DNA of 62,615 nt, filler included, from Coriobacteriales bacterium (GTDB lineage Bacteria > Actinomycetota > Coriobacteriia > Coriobacteriales > UBA8131), in NCBI GenBank assembly GCA_031263105.1. It is 7 parts of 7 records of this genome, joined end to end, with 100 filler letters (N's around TTAATTAATTAA, not from the genome) between each part and the next. Parts side by side here need not be neighbours in the genome. Positions count along the whole stretch, not along the records: positions 26,245 to 41,579 come from JAISGJ010000172.1; 6 more parts are not named here. One strand, 5' to 3'. A program made the position numbers and the translations under genes. A model generated the notes under the pieces. That model made no database searches. It was given only the letters and a program-made list of their open reading frames with translations, and was not told the DNA's origin. This document shows positions 26,758 to 37,517 of the stretch, one piece after another (the first letter of the stretch is position 1; each line of letters opens with the position of its first letter).

Positions 26758-29700
26758 ATGGTTTATTACCCAAGTGATCGGAAGGCGTCAGGAAGAGCAG
26801 CGTTCTTTGCTCTGCCTGTTATGCTATGTCTGCTGTTTGCCGCACTGCTTGCCCCTGTTTCCCAAGCATGGGCGACGACGGATGAGGTGTATGCGTTCGT
26901 TTGCCAAGGGGAGGGCGGTGGCAGTGACGACTATACCTTCGTGATTAAAAATGGGTCCAGCGACCCCAGCAGCACAAAATACGGAACGACGATATATCGC
27001 TATCAGACGGATTTGAGGACCATCACGACGGCGGACCGCAAATCTGGCTGGCCATGGCTGCCGTCTGCCAACACAGCTGACACATACATAAAATTAGTGG
27101 ATAAGGTGGTTTTTGACGGGAAGGGGGATGGGACGGACGAGTATGTCTCTCTCTCATATATGAAAGGGATGTTCTCTCTTTTTGCTACGTGTCGAACCAT
27201 CGATTTTACATTTTTAGAGCTAGAGGGGTATACTTCCACAACAAGCACCACCAGTTTTGGTGATTACTTTTATGACACATATAGTACTAAGACTCCTAAT
27301 ACAGATGTTACCGTAATCCTCGGAGCCAAGTGTCCATTCACAGTATTGGGTGCCTTAAACGTCACCACTGTCTATCGAAAAGATGCGCTTAGCGGAGACT
27401 ACACTGTTCACAATCCGAAATCCATTCCTGTAGGAGCAGCCACATATTACACTGTAGGGCCTGAGGATTGTCCGGCTAATCTCAACGATTTAAGCAAATA
27501 TGTGCTCGAGATCAAGGATCCTCAACTTAATGCTAGCAATGTTCCGCAATTCGATTTTACAGGCAGCGACTTGCCGACAGCAGGCGATATGTCGGTAGTA
27601 TTGCGCGATGCGCTGGGCGATAACAAAATCGTGGCCACGGCTCCTTCTAACGTATATACTATCACCCGCGAAAAGAACGTAACGCCTGAAAAGTGGGATA
27701 GCGTGAGTGACATATATTCAATAGGGCATTATCGCGTTCGAGCCAATGTTGTGGCTTCGATGGGCTATTCCAACACCAACAAGTGGACACTTTGGGTCGA
27801 GTACGATATCACCCCTGACAGCGAAATCGCTCTGTATTCAGATGTGACCCTGCAACAACCGGTCAGTAGCGCAGAGGCTTCGCAAGTAAGCGAGCCAACC
27901 GACCTCTACGTACAGTGTGTTACCGGCCTGTCGGGTGAGGAGGGCGCTGCTGAGATGAAAATCGCCGCCGCGTCTTCCGCCCCAGGGGTTCTTGCTGTAA
28001 GCGCTCCCGAAAAACTCGGTGGGTATGACAACGGATACTGCTTGTACAAGGTCACCCTGACCCCCCTCTCCCTAGGGGATGCGAGTGTCTCGATCTGGGG
28101 TCATACGGGCGAGGTGCCCGCACAGCGAATCGGCACAGACGTTACTGCGCTGCCGGTGAATGTGAGCCTCGCGGAAGCCACGCTCACACTCGGCGACGGG
28201 GCACAGAATGTGCTCGACGGTATCACGGTGTTCGATGAACCCGTTGAAGTTGATCTCACCTACTCAGGTCGCTCGGATGTCGGCGATCCTGATGCCTCAG
28301 TGAGTTGTTTCTATGACGCTACCGGTAACCCTGCTAATCCGAAATGGGAATCAATCTTAGACAGCGACATCGCGGCAAGCTACAACCCCGTTACAGGAAA
28401 GCTTACCGTAACACCTGCGAAGTCCGGCCTCTACAAGCTGACGGTCACGGTGGCTGCGGCAGGTTTCTGGGGCCAAGCGACGCAGGACATCTATGTTACG
28501 GTCGCCCGGAAGGCCCTCGAGATATCATTTACCGACCCCCCTGAACAGCCCTTACGGCTCAAGGTCGGAGAGAAAAAGACGATAGCGTTCACCTATACGT
28601 CCGAGAGCCTGGAGTTTGGTCAACGTACATCCAGCAATTCTGCCGTCGCCGAAATCGGGGATTTCTCGGTTAACGCCCAAATGAAGCGTGGCGAAATCGT
28701 TATAGAAGCCAAGGAGGCGTCGGCAAGCTCCGTCAGCCTCACGATTCAGGTCGCCTCCGATAATGCCCTCTATGTGCCGTTCACTCTCACTCTTACCGTG
28801 CAGGTGTCCAAGTCCGATGAGGCGCTGAACGTCAACCCAGGCACGCTTGCGCTCATAGCCGGCGAAAGCAGCACTGCCCAGGTCAGCTATGACGGCACCC
28901 GAGAGATAACGGCGTCCTCCTCCAACGCGAACGTGGCCACGGTGACGTATGCGGCTGCCACGAAGCAGCTCACCGTGCAGGCGCTTACATCTGGCACGGC
29001 GGACATCACGGTTGCTGCCGCAGAGACCGACGAGCTGAACGCGTCCACCTGTACGCTGCGGGTCACGGTCGACAGGCTGTTGAGCGTCAACCCGGACGCG
29101 CTTACGCTCAAGGCGGGGCAGGTCGGCACTGCCGAGGTCGGCTATGGAGGCGACGGGGAGGTAACGGCGTCCTCCTCCGACGCGAAGGTGGCCAAGGTGA
29201 CGTATGCGGCTGCCACGAAGCAGCTCACCGTGCAGGCACTTACATTTGGCACGGCGACCATTACGATCCGAGCCGCGAAAACCGATGCCTTTGACGCCGC
29301 TGAGTGCACGGTGCAGGTCACGGTGACCAAGGACGCGCCGCCCTCGCTCGGGAATCTCGGCTCGGAATACGAGCTCGTCCTCGGGGGCGACCCATGGACG
29401 GTCACCTACTCCGAGGCACTCCAGTACCAGCTCGTCCCCCAGGGCATCGTCAGCGTGACCTCCTCCAACGGCGGCAAGACCCTCACGGTGGCCGCTGTGG
29501 CTGCGGGCTCTGCCGTCCTCACCCTGTGGGCAGAGGAGACCGCCACGACGACGGCCCTTGCGCCTTGCATCGTTGCGTTCACGGTGAAGGCGGCCCCGCC
29601 CGTGACCAAGCCGGTCACCGCGTTGGATCCCTTGTCCCTGCCGGTGGGCGCAACGGCGACAAGCACGGTCACCCTCTACGACGCGGGCGGCAAGCCCGTC

Positions 29701-30468
29701 GCCGGTGCCGTCGGCTTTAACGGGTTTGACGAGAAGGTGATCGGGGTCAGCTACGATGCTGCCGCCAGTGCGCTCAGCATCCGTGCCCTTGCCCCTGGCC
29801 AGACCACGCTCACCATCTCTTCCGAGGAGGCGGCGGAGGACTACACCATGCAGGTCACGGTGACTGCGGCAGCGGACGACCCTGACGATTCCACCGACGA
29901 CCCCGCCGACGAGCCGACCGTGAAGCTGAGCGACGTGCAGGCCGGTGACACGGGCGTGAAGATCACGGGCACCCTCCAAGGCCCGAACATCCCCGCAGGT
30001 GCCACCGTTGCGGCCACGGTCGAGGCGGCGACGTCCGGCGATGCCTACGACAAGCACCTCGCGGCCAAGGGGGAAGGCGACATCCTCGGCGTCTACGAGA
30101 TAAACCTGATTGTCAACGGCAAGGAGATACATGACGGCTTCGGAACTTTGACCCTTGCCTTCCCTGTGGATGCAAGCTACACGGAGGGCACGGTTCTCGT
30201 GCGGCACCTGCACCAGAACGGCAAGTTCACGGAGCACAGCACAAAGGTCGCGAACAAGACGGCGAGCCTGAAGGTCACCGACCTCTCGACCTTTGCCTTG
30301 GAGACGCAAAAGGCAGCAGCCACCACGACCAAGGCATCGACGACGGCGACGACCCCCGCCAAGACCGGCGACGAGGCTCCGGGCGTGATGAGCGGCTTGG
30401 CCGCTGTGGGCGCAGCCGCTGCCGTGGCGGCGTGTGCCACACGCCGACGCAGGAGTGACAGCGCGTGA
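26758..30468 (+). CDS. Large cell-surface protein: signal peptide, unique N-terminal region, Ig-like repeats, sortase-type anchor
   Basis: 1236 aa with a signal peptide ending AWA. Two 85-aa Ig-like repeats 255 nt apart (28942/29197). C-terminal TPAKTGD + hydrophobic helix + RRRR. Confidence 0.8.
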   Translation: MVYYPSDRKASGRAAFFALPVMLCLLFAALLAPVSQAWATTDEVYAFVCQGEGGGSDDYTFVIKNGSSDPSSTKYGTTIYRYQTDLRTITTADRKSGWPWLPSANTADTYIKLVDKVVFDGKGDGTDEYVSLSYMKGMFSLFATCRTIDFTFLELEGYTSTTSTTSFGDYFYDTYSTKTPNTDVTVILGAKCPFTVLGALNVTTVYRKDALSGDYTVHNPKSIPVGAATYYTVGPEDCPANLNDLSKYVLEIKDPQLNASNVPQFDFTGSDLPTAGDMSVVLRDALGDNKIVATAPSNVYTITREKNVTPEKWDSVSDIYSIGHYRVRANVVASMGYSNTNKWTLWVEYDITPDSEIALYSDVTLQQPVSSAEASQVSEPTDLYVQCVTGLSGEEGAAEMKIAAASSAPGVLAVSAPEKLGGYDNGYCLYKVTLTPLSLGDASVSIWGHTGEVPAQRIGTDVTALPVNVSLAEATLTLGDGAQNVLDGITVFDEPVEVDLTYSGRSDVGDPDASVSCFYDATGNPANPKWESILDSDIAASYNPVTGKLTVTPAKSGLYKLTVTVAAAGFWGQATQDIYVTVARKALEISFTDPPEQPLRLKVGEKKTIAFTYTSESLEFGQRTSSNSAVAEIGDFSVNAQMKRGEIVIEAKEASASSVSLTIQVASDNALYVPFTLTLTVQVSKSDEALNVNPGTLALIAGESSTAQVSYDGTREITASSSNANVATVTYAAATKQLTVQALTSGTADITVAAAETDELNASTCTLRVTVDRLLSVNPDALTLKAGQVGTAEVGYGGDGEVTASSSDAKVAKVTYAAATKQLTVQALTFGTATITIRAAKTDAFDAAECTVQVTVTKDAPPSLGNLGSEYELVLGGDPWTVTYSEALQYQLVPQGIVSVTSSNGGKTLTVAAVAAGSAVLTLWAEETATTTALAPCIVAFTVKAAPPVTKPVTALDPLSLPVGATATSTVTLYDAGGKPVAGAVGFNGFDEKVIGVSYDAAASALSIRALAPGQTTLTISSEEAAEDYTMQVTVTAAADDPDDSTDDPADEPTVKLSDVQAGDTGVKITGTLQGPNIPAGATVAATVEAATSGDAYDKHLAAKGEGDILGVYEINLIVNGKEIHDGFGTLTLAFPVDASYTEGTVLVRHLHQNGKFTEHSTKVANKTASLKVTDLSTFALETQKAAATTTKASTTATTPAKTGDEAPGVMSGLAAVGAAAAVAACATRRRRSDSA

Positions 30469-31556
30469 CCAAGCAACGTGCGACCAGGCGCGAAATCGTA
30501 TGTGCAGCAGTGGCGGCTATCGCAATGATAGCCGCCATTGTGGGTTTTGCCCTCTACAGCTCAGAGCGTGTGCCCGGCGACGCAGCGGCCAAGGTCAACA
30601 GCAGCTACCTTGCCGAGGAACGCGTCGCGGAGCGGATAGCGCAGTACCGCACCGCCTCCAGCCTCGAGGACGACGCGGACTTTGCGCAATTTCTCTTGGA
30701 TCAGAATCTGAACGTGGGGACCTTCCGCCAGAACACCATCAACCAGATGGCGCTGGCAGACCTCGTCAGCGAACGCGCCGAGCAGCTGGGCATTGCGCCC
30801 TCGGAGGAGGAGGCCCAGGCCCAGGTGGACGCCATGAAGCAGTCCATGGCCTTCAACGACGACGAGATATGGGCCGAGTCGCTTGCGACCTACGGCATGA
30901 GCGTGGACTCCCTGCGTGCGCAGTACCTCGCCAACCTCAAGCAGCAGGGCGTGCTGGAGGCGGACGTCCCGCACCGCGAGCCGGGCGAGGAGGAGGTGCT
31001 CGACTACCTCCAGGAAAACTTGGCAGGCACCACCCAGAAGCATGCCAGCCGCATCCTCTTCGAGGGCGAGGACGCCTACGCGCGGGCCACCGAGTGCCAT
31101 GAACGACTGAGCGAGGCGCAGGCAGCGGGCAGCCTTGACGAGGAGGCCTTTGCAGCTATCGCGCGGGAGCACTCCGACGAGGAAGGGGTCGAGGAGACCG
31201 GCGGCCTGTACGCATGGAGTTCCAGCAACGCGATGGACAGCGACATCATGGCCCTGCTCGAAGGCCTCGACGTGGGCGCCTTCACCGGCGTTGAGTCCAT
31301 CGAGGCGGACGGTGCCTTGGAGATCATCTACTGCGATGTGGAGTATGCCTTTCCCGCGAAGGATGCCATCGAGTCGCTTGCGCTGGGCGACGTGCCCGAG
31401 ACGCTGAGGCCGCTCATAGAGGATGCTGCGGCAGACGCCGTCTGGACGGCGGACTGCAACGCCTATCTTGGGGGGCTGCTTTTTGGTGCCCAGATAACCT
31501 ATTATCCCATTCCCGCCGACGCCGCCTATGCGGTGGACATGGCGCTGCCTTCGTAG
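30465..31556 (+). CDS. PrsA/SurA-like parvulin peptidyl-prolyl isomerase (foldase)
   Basis: N-terminal TM, AAKVN, SurA-like helical domain, HASRILF and FAAIAREHSDE...GGLY. GTGA overlap with the upstream gene. Confidence 0.78.
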   Translation: MTKQRATRREIVCAAVAAIAMIAAIVGFALYSSERVPGDAAAKVNSSYLAEERVAERIAQYRTASSLEDDADFAQFLLDQNLNVGTFRQNTINQMALADLVSERAEQLGIAPSEEEAQAQVDAMKQSMAFNDDEIWAESLATYGMSVDSLRAQYLANLKQQGVLEADVPHREPGEEEVLDYLQENLAGTTQKHASRILFEGEDAYARATECHERLSEAQAAGSLDEEAFAAIAREHSDEEGVEETGGLYAWSSSNAMDSDIMALLEGLDVGAFTGVESIEADGALEIIYCDVEYAFPAKDAIESLALGDVPETLRPLIEDAAADAVWTADCNAYLGGLLFGAQITYYPIPADAAYAVDMALPS

Positions 31557-31580
31557 GATGTGGACGAAAAGGAGCTTGTG

Positions 31581-34500
31581 ATGACGAGACCGAAACGGAC
31601 AACGGTGTTTCTTGCGGTGCTGGCCTTGGCATGCGCCCTTGCTCTCGGGGCGATGTCGGCCGCCTATGCCGAGGGGGCCGAGGATGACAATGCGGTGGGT
31701 AAGACCTTCACCCTCGGCGATTCCGGTACCGGCACGCTCGAGTTCTCCATCACCGCCGTGGCCGAGGAGGGCGCTCCCGGAACCGTGCGGCTCGTCAAGG
31801 GCACCACGTACAAGGGATCGCTTGTGCTGGATCCGGTGGAGCACGAAGTGGGGGGCAAAACGTTCACCTACGCGGTCACGGCTGTCGGCGCTGATGCCTT
31901 CAAGGGCAGCATGTTGCTCACGGATATCGAGTTCCACTCCGATTTGACCGGGGCTTCCCCCGCCATAGGCGCGAACGCCTTCGAGCAGTGCCGCAACCTG
32001 GAGTCGGTCAAGTTTCCCCAGAAGGTGGCCGGGATAGGTGCCTCCGCCTTCCTCCGCTGCACCAGCCTCTCCTCTGTCACCTTTGCCGAGGGAGCGGAGC
32101 TGTACATACAGAATGATAGTGCGTCGCGCCCGGCACTGGGCGTGAGCGCCTTTGAGCGGTGCACTGCGCTGACAACAATCACCATACCCGCTGTCACCTC
32201 GACCCAGCGTTCCCCTGACTACTATGGGCGCTACGGCATCTCTGATACCGCTGGCGCTCCAATCGCATATAGCGGATACGAGTATTTGTTCAATCCGGGC
32301 TCCTCTGTGCCTGTGTACAGATACGCTGTTGCGTCTAGCGTATTCAAGGACTGCACGTTGCTCGAGACCGTGGTCTTTGAGCCCAGCGGAGCAGAGTGGG
32401 GCCTCTTTGCGTATTTCAATCAGGACACTGCGAATCCTGCATTTGCGGGGTGCAGCAAACTGAAGTCCGTTGTGTACGGTGCCGAGCAGCCCTATTATGC
32501 CGACTACGACCGATCGATCCTCTCCGGTTATTCCCCTACGTACCGCAATGTGTATGAGGCGAGCGGCATCGTGCCGAAGCTCTGTCTCTATTACGCCGTC
32601 GATTACTATGCCACCATCGCTGAGGCGGATGCCAGTGGCGACGACGGCTTTGCCAGCCAGCGATACGCGCGCGTGGAGTACCTGCGCGGCACCTCCACGG
32701 CGGCCATCGCCACAGGTGATGCCACGGCGCTTGTCGCTGCCGTCTACGCCGATGCGTCCGCCTATGCCAAAGACGGCTATGCGGACGGAGTCGTCCCCGA
32801 CCCCAAACAGGTGGCCGTGGAGACGGGCTTGGACACCGCCGAGTCGGGCCTTGCATGGGTCTGGAAACTCGGCAACACGCAGTCCCGGCGTGCAGGCCTC
32901 GGCGACTCCTGTTACGCCTACCTGGCGCCGGCAGACGAGCTCTCGGCCGGTCGCGTCGAAGCCAAGCAGATTGCCGCGATGTACAAGCTCTGCGGACAAA
33001 ACCTCAGCCAAGGCCAGGAGCCGGTACGGGACTCGCCTTTTGATGCTGCCCGCTATGACGGCACAACCGCAGCGTCTCATTATCTCTTCGAGCCCATGCC
33101 TGACCATCCCAAGCTGTTCCTAGACGAGGGTGAGACGGCTTGGTTCACGCTCGACAGCTCGCTGGAAGAGAGCTTCTTCAACCAGATACGGGTCTACGCG
33201 GCCGATGGCAGTCCCCTTGTCGCAAGCGACTACAATATCGCCTTTGAGCGCTATGACGCAGGCAGCAAGGGCTATGTCTCGGTCGAGCTCGGCACGCAGG
33301 ACGGCCCCCTGCTGATGACCGTGACTCCCGGCGAAGAGAGCGGATACACGGGAATCTTGCAGGAGTGGATCCTCGTCAAGGGCCATGCGGGCTCGGTGAG
33401 GGCAAGCTATACGACAAGCCCCACCGACACACAGCAGGCGGCGACCTATTACAACGGCAGAGCGAACCCCGACGTCTCGCCGTTCACCGGCCCCTACGCC
33501 GTGGCGATAAGCTCCGCTGACGCGCTCTCGGCGCTCGTTGCCGCATCGTATGCGGGACTCACCTCGGCCCCGGTCAACGTGCGGGACACCGAGGACGCCT
33601 CCTACGGTTTTGCCCTGTCGACGGACTTCTACCCGCGCAGTGGGGAGATCAACGGCAAGCTCACGACCTTCCCCGCCACGGGCCGCAGTCCCTCGGAGTT
33701 CGCCGTGGCGGCGTACAAGGCCTTCGAGGAGCGTCAGCGCGAGCTCCTCGGCGCGGCACAGGAGGCGTATCCCTGGGGTGACACCGCCGTGATCGTCACG
33801 CCCGGCTCGGTCCAGGACGTGGCCGCAGGCGTTGCGGCCTTCGCCTATGCGAAGAAGGCCCCCGTGTTCTACACCGAGGACGACGGCTCCGTGAGCGAGG
33901 CCACCCTCGCCTGCCTGAGGCAGTTCGAAGCGGTGGCTGTGCTGGGTGACGAGGCCCTGTTCCCGGCCGATGCCTATCAGGCCTTGGAGTTGGCCTTGGG
34001 GTCGGGCCTCTCACCGGCAGCCCTGCCGCTCGGCGCGCCCTTTGCCGCTGGCGCCTACGGCACCTTGGCGGCGCCCCTCAGTGACGGAGCCGACATCGCA
34101 CTCAGGCGCATCTGCGGCGACGCGGGGAGCGCCTGCTCGCTCAGCCTGACCGTCGCCTCGCTGCTTGCAGAAGAAGGACTCGTCGATTCCTCCGTCGTGA
34201 CGGTGACCGACGCGACGGACGTCGCCGATGTGCTTGCCGCGCTCAACCTGTCAGGGCACGAGGGCGGCCTGACGCTGGTCTCGGCCTGCACGGTCGACTC
34301 CAAGCACATCAGCGCCTTCTTGCGCGGGCAGCGGGACGCACTCAGTGTCGTGCGCCTGTTCGGGCGGGGCGCGTCGCATATGTCGGCTGCCGCGTTCGAC
34401 CTCTATGACTTGCTTTGCGACCTGTGGAACGAGCAGGGCTATGCCGCCCCTCAGATAGGGGAGGGCGACACGCTCGTGCTCTACGGGGTGCAGCTTACGG

Positions 34501-35204
34501 TTGGGAGCGGCAACAGCCTGGCGTTCGACGGCGTCCGCCTGTGGGGAGGCTCGGGGCTTGCAGCGGGCAGCTTCGAGTACGGCGGCCAGAGCTACGTGCT
34601 CACCGAGGCCGTGGAGGCGAGCGACTCCTCCGGCGGCCCTTCTGACGAGCCACCCGAGCAGCCCACCGAGAAACCCGCGCTCGTTGTCACGAAACCCTTG
34701 GTCGCCGACCCTGTGGTCACAAAGCCCGTGGTCACGAAGCCCTCGAAGGACGGCTCGACCGACGGCTCCAAGACCAGCAAGCCGGTCGGCGGCCTCAAGG
34801 TGAGCACCCCGTCCGACAAATCCCCGTCAGGCAGCACGCAGGCGGGACGCCTCGTCGTCTCCTCTCCCCAGGTGGACAGCCCCCCGGCGGCGCGCAGCGG
34901 AACGACTGCGCAGGGCTCGGCCACCACGGGCTCGAACCGCACGGGAGCGCTCGGCACCTCGCAGATGGCCATCGAGGACGGGGAGGACACCGACGCCCTG
35001 GCCGAGACAGAGCGCGGTGCCCGAGAGGGCAACGCCTCACCGACTGGCGTTGCGGACGGCAGCGAGCGGGAGGCCGACCAGCAGACCGTCACGGACCCCC
35101 GGGCAGCGGCAGCGATCGTCGGCTCGGCGCTAGCGGCCCTGGCGGCGGCCCTGTGGTTTGCCCTGCGCCGCCGCAAGTCACCGGCAGCCCTTGTGGGGGA
35201 ATGA
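31581..35204 (+). CDS. Surface protein with BspA-type leucine-rich repeats, CWB2-like repeats and C-terminal membrane anchor
   Basis: RBS AAAGGAG and a signal peptide. LRR_5 units such as IGANAFEQCRNLESVKFP and IGASAFLRCTSLSSVTF. CWB2-like AVIVT..DVAAGVAAFAYAKKAPVFYT..AVAVLG. Ser/Thr/Pro stalk, then TM + RRRK. Confidence 0.78.
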   Translation: MTRPKRTTVFLAVLALACALALGAMSAAYAEGAEDDNAVGKTFTLGDSGTGTLEFSITAVAEEGAPGTVRLVKGTTYKGSLVLDPVEHEVGGKTFTYAVTAVGADAFKGSMLLTDIEFHSDLTGASPAIGANAFEQCRNLESVKFPQKVAGIGASAFLRCTSLSSVTFAEGAELYIQNDSASRPALGVSAFERCTALTTITIPAVTSTQRSPDYYGRYGISDTAGAPIAYSGYEYLFNPGSSVPVYRYAVASSVFKDCTLLETVVFEPSGAEWGLFAYFNQDTANPAFAGCSKLKSVVYGAEQPYYADYDRSILSGYSPTYRNVYEASGIVPKLCLYYAVDYYATIAEADASGDDGFASQRYARVEYLRGTSTAAIATGDATALVAAVYADASAYAKDGYADGVVPDPKQVAVETGLDTAESGLAWVWKLGNTQSRRAGLGDSCYAYLAPADELSAGRVEAKQIAAMYKLCGQNLSQGQEPVRDSPFDAARYDGTTAASHYLFEPMPDHPKLFLDEGETAWFTLDSSLEESFFNQIRVYAADGSPLVASDYNIAFERYDAGSKGYVSVELGTQDGPLLMTVTPGEESGYTGILQEWILVKGHAGSVRASYTTSPTDTQQAATYYNGRANPDVSPFTGPYAVAISSADALSALVAASYAGLTSAPVNVRDTEDASYGFALSTDFYPRSGEINGKLTTFPATGRSPSEFAVAAYKAFEERQRELLGAAQEAYPWGDTAVIVTPGSVQDVAAGVAAFAYAKKAPVFYTEDDGSVSEATLACLRQFEAVAVLGDEALFPADAYQALELALGSGLSPAALPLGAPFAAGAYGTLAAPLSDGADIALRRICGDAGSACSLSLTVASLLAEEGLVDSSVVTVTDATDVADVLAALNLSGHEGGLTLVSACTVDSKHISAFLRGQRDALSVVRLFGRGASHMSAAAFDLYDLLCDLWNEQGYAAPQIGEGDTLVLYGVQLTVGSGNSLAFDGVRLWGGSGLAAGSFEYGGQSYVLTEAVEASDSSGGPSDEPPEQPTEKPALVVTKPLVADPVVTKPVVTKPSKDGSTDGSKTSKPVGGLKVSTPSDKSPSGSTQAGRLVVSSPQVDSPPAARSGTTAQGSATTGSNRTGALGTSQMAIEDGEDTDALAETERGAREGNASPTGVADGSEREADQQTVTDPRAAAAIVGSALAALAAALWFALRRRKSPAALVGE

Positions 35205-35207
35205 GGG

Positions 35208-37514
35208 ATGCGGACCAGAAGTCACGCGTGCGCCGTCCGCAGGGCCGTTTGGGGCCTTGCGCTCTCGTTTGTGCTGGCGGGCAGCCTTTCGGCCTGTAAG
35301 CCGACCGACTTCTTCACCGAGGTGGTGATAACGCCCTTTTCCGAGACGGTCGACTACGACAACTCCTTCAAGACCGTCGTGAACTCCCCCGATGCCATCG
35401 AGGAGTCGCCGGAGCTCACGGCATTGGCGTGGACCGACGAGTCGCCGCGCTCGGAGGTGGTGGAAAACCTCGTGACCTACTCCGCCGAGCCCACCTCCAC
35501 GCTCACCGCGCACCATTCCATCTACGACCTCTACCCGCGCTTCCCGGGCATTGAGGCAAGCGACCCCGTGCGGCTCACGTTCGAGCCTGAAGCCGAGCTC
35601 GACCGCGAGGCCCAGGCCAGCGAGCAGGACACCTCAGCCCCCGAGGCCGCCTCAAGGAGCGTCGGCGGCGCAGAGAGCCAGGAGGGCGGCGAGGCCGTTG
35701 CCTCGCAGAGCGCTTCCACGGGAGAGTCCGCAGGCAGGGGCGAGGCCGGCGAGGAGGCCGGCGGCGCGGACAGGCCGGGGAACGACCCTGACGGCACCGC
35801 GCCCAGCCGGGACACGCCGGGCGAGGAAGAAGGCCCTGCCGAGAGCCCGCAAGGAGATTCCGACGGCCCTGCCGACAACCCGGAGGCCCCGGGCGAGGAC
35901 CCGTATGGCGGCTATAACGGCGAGGTCGCGATCTACAACCCCAACGATGGCTTTGCCGAGGTCAACAACGTTGAGCATCTGGCCGTGCTGGGCGGCGACG
36001 TCGCGGTGCTGGCCCAGTCGCTCGGCGGCGCGGGCGCCGTCTGCGCCATGAACGAGGATGCCTGGTACGGCCTCGACGCGCAGGGCCTGCCCCTCACGAC
36101 CTACGCGCACTTCTCGGACGTGTTCTCCGGCGAGTTCCCCGCAGACTTTGAGGATGTCGGGCTGCTCTGGAGCGGCAGCGGCTCCTCGCCTGCCAGCGTC
36201 AAGGACATCGACGCGCTCGTCTCCCTCTGCGGGCAGGGCGGCGTTATCGTCTACGACCAGCGCACAGGCTACGCCGAGACCCTGTTCGACCTGGACCAGC
36301 GCAAGCGCCTCCAGAAGGCGGAGATTCAGCTCGTGCCTGTGGATCTGTCCACAGTACAGGGCATGCTCGACGCGGCGCAGGTCGTAGGCGAGGCCCTCTC
36401 GGAGAGCAGCGAGTGTGCAGAGGACGCCTCGGCCATGGCGCGCGAGTACGCAGACACGGTGAACAGCATCGTGCGCTCCGTGGTGGCGACCAACGGCGGT
36501 TACCTGGCCACCCACAATGGAGGAACGGCCACACTTGCGGGTACACTGCTGACATCGTACAACAGTCCCCCGGTCAGAACGTTTCGCTACAAGAAGGTAT
36601 ACGGCTACATCGCCACCGACTCGGAGGCGGGGCTCTCCTTCACGCCGAGCTCCAAGCTCGATGTCTCGGATGTCGTGCTCTTTGGCAACAACAGCGCCTA
36701 TATGAGCACCCCCCTGTCGTGTTGGATGCAGGCGGCAGGTGTCTGGGACAGGACGGCGGCTCCTGGCAGTCCTTCGACAGGACTTACGGTTCTCTGGCCC
36801 AACGCGGAGGGTCGCTCGTCAGCGGCGTTCGGCGGAGGATCAAGCGGGGGAGCGCTGACGCGTTGGCTGGGCTCGCCTCTTGGGGTTTTTTCTGGTTATG
36901 ACACCAATTGGAATGTGATGGCAGGGGAGGGGGGATCGACTGTTGTCTACGCTTGGGGCCTGGGATCCTCTCAAGTTCCCTACCTGATAGTCTGTGCGTC
37001 AGACGGGAAGTCGGCTGCACAGGTGAAGGATGCCGTGGTGCGGAGCATGCAGTCTTTTGAGTTGGATGGCATGCTGACCCCGTACTCGGTGCTGCGGCAC
37101 GAACGTAGAGACGGTATATCCACCGGCGTACCGTTTGCGACCGTGGGCGACTTCGCCTTCACCTCCACCATAGGCGCGACCAACGACACCATGAGCGAGA
37201 GTCCCTTCTTTTTGGGCACCGAGCCGCTTGCGGTGGAGGACGTGGTGCGCGAGAACCCCACAGGGCTTTTGGGCAGCTGGGCCGAGGGCACCATGGAGAG
37301 CGTGCTCGAGGCCATCTGGATAGCGGACGTCTACTCGCGCTCCCCCCAGGGCTGCGACTACGTGCCGGTGACTGACATGGGCGGCTTCTCGGTCTCCATC
37401 GGCGGCGTCAACTGCACGACCACGCGGGACGCCGTGCTCCAGTTCTACAGTACCTTCTACCGCTGCGATGCCAGCGGAGCCTACGACAGCATCGTGACGG
37501 ACGAGGGACTGTAG
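35208..37514 (+). CDS. Very large lipoprotein, atypical FepB/BtuF-like substrate-binding protein
   Basis: Lipobox LSAC and an acidic disordered linker. C-terminal NPTGLLGSW...ESVLEAIWIADVY...FYSTFY resembles class III binding-protein C-termini. Lies directly upstream of two FecCD permeases. Confidence 0.65.
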   Translation: MRTRSHACAVRRAVWGLALSFVLAGSLSACKPTDFFTEVVITPFSETVDYDNSFKTVVNSPDAIEESPELTALAWTDESPRSEVVENLVTYSAEPTSTLTAHHSIYDLYPRFPGIEASDPVRLTFEPEAELDREAQASEQDTSAPEAASRSVGGAESQEGGEAVASQSASTGESAGRGEAGEEAGGADRPGNDPDGTAPSRDTPGEEEGPAESPQGDSDGPADNPEAPGEDPYGGYNGEVAIYNPNDGFAEVNNVEHLAVLGGDVAVLAQSLGGAGAVCAMNEDAWYGLDAQGLPLTTYAHFSDVFSGEFPADFEDVGLLWSGSGSSPASVKDIDALVSLCGQGGVIVYDQRTGYAETLFDLDQRKRLQKAEIQLVPVDLSTVQGMLDAAQVVGEALSESSECAEDASAMAREYADTVNSIVRSVVATNGGYLATHNGGTATLAGTLLTSYNSPPVRTFRYKKVYGYIATDSEAGLSFTPSSKLDVSDVVLFGNNSAYMSTPLSCWMQAAGVWDRTAAPGSPSTGLTVLWPNAEGRSSAAFGGGSSGGALTRWLGSPLGVFSGYDTNWNVMAGEGGSTVVYAWGLGSSQVPYLIVCASDGKSAAQVKDAVVRSMQSFELDGMLTPYSVLRHERRDGISTGVPFATVGDFAFTSTIGATNDTMSESPFFLGTEPLAVEDVVRENPTGLLGSWAEGTMESVLEAIWIADVYSRSPQGCDYVPVTDMGGFSVSIGGVNCTTTRDAVLQFYSTFYRCDASGAYDSIVTDEGL

Positions 37515-37517
37515 CGC

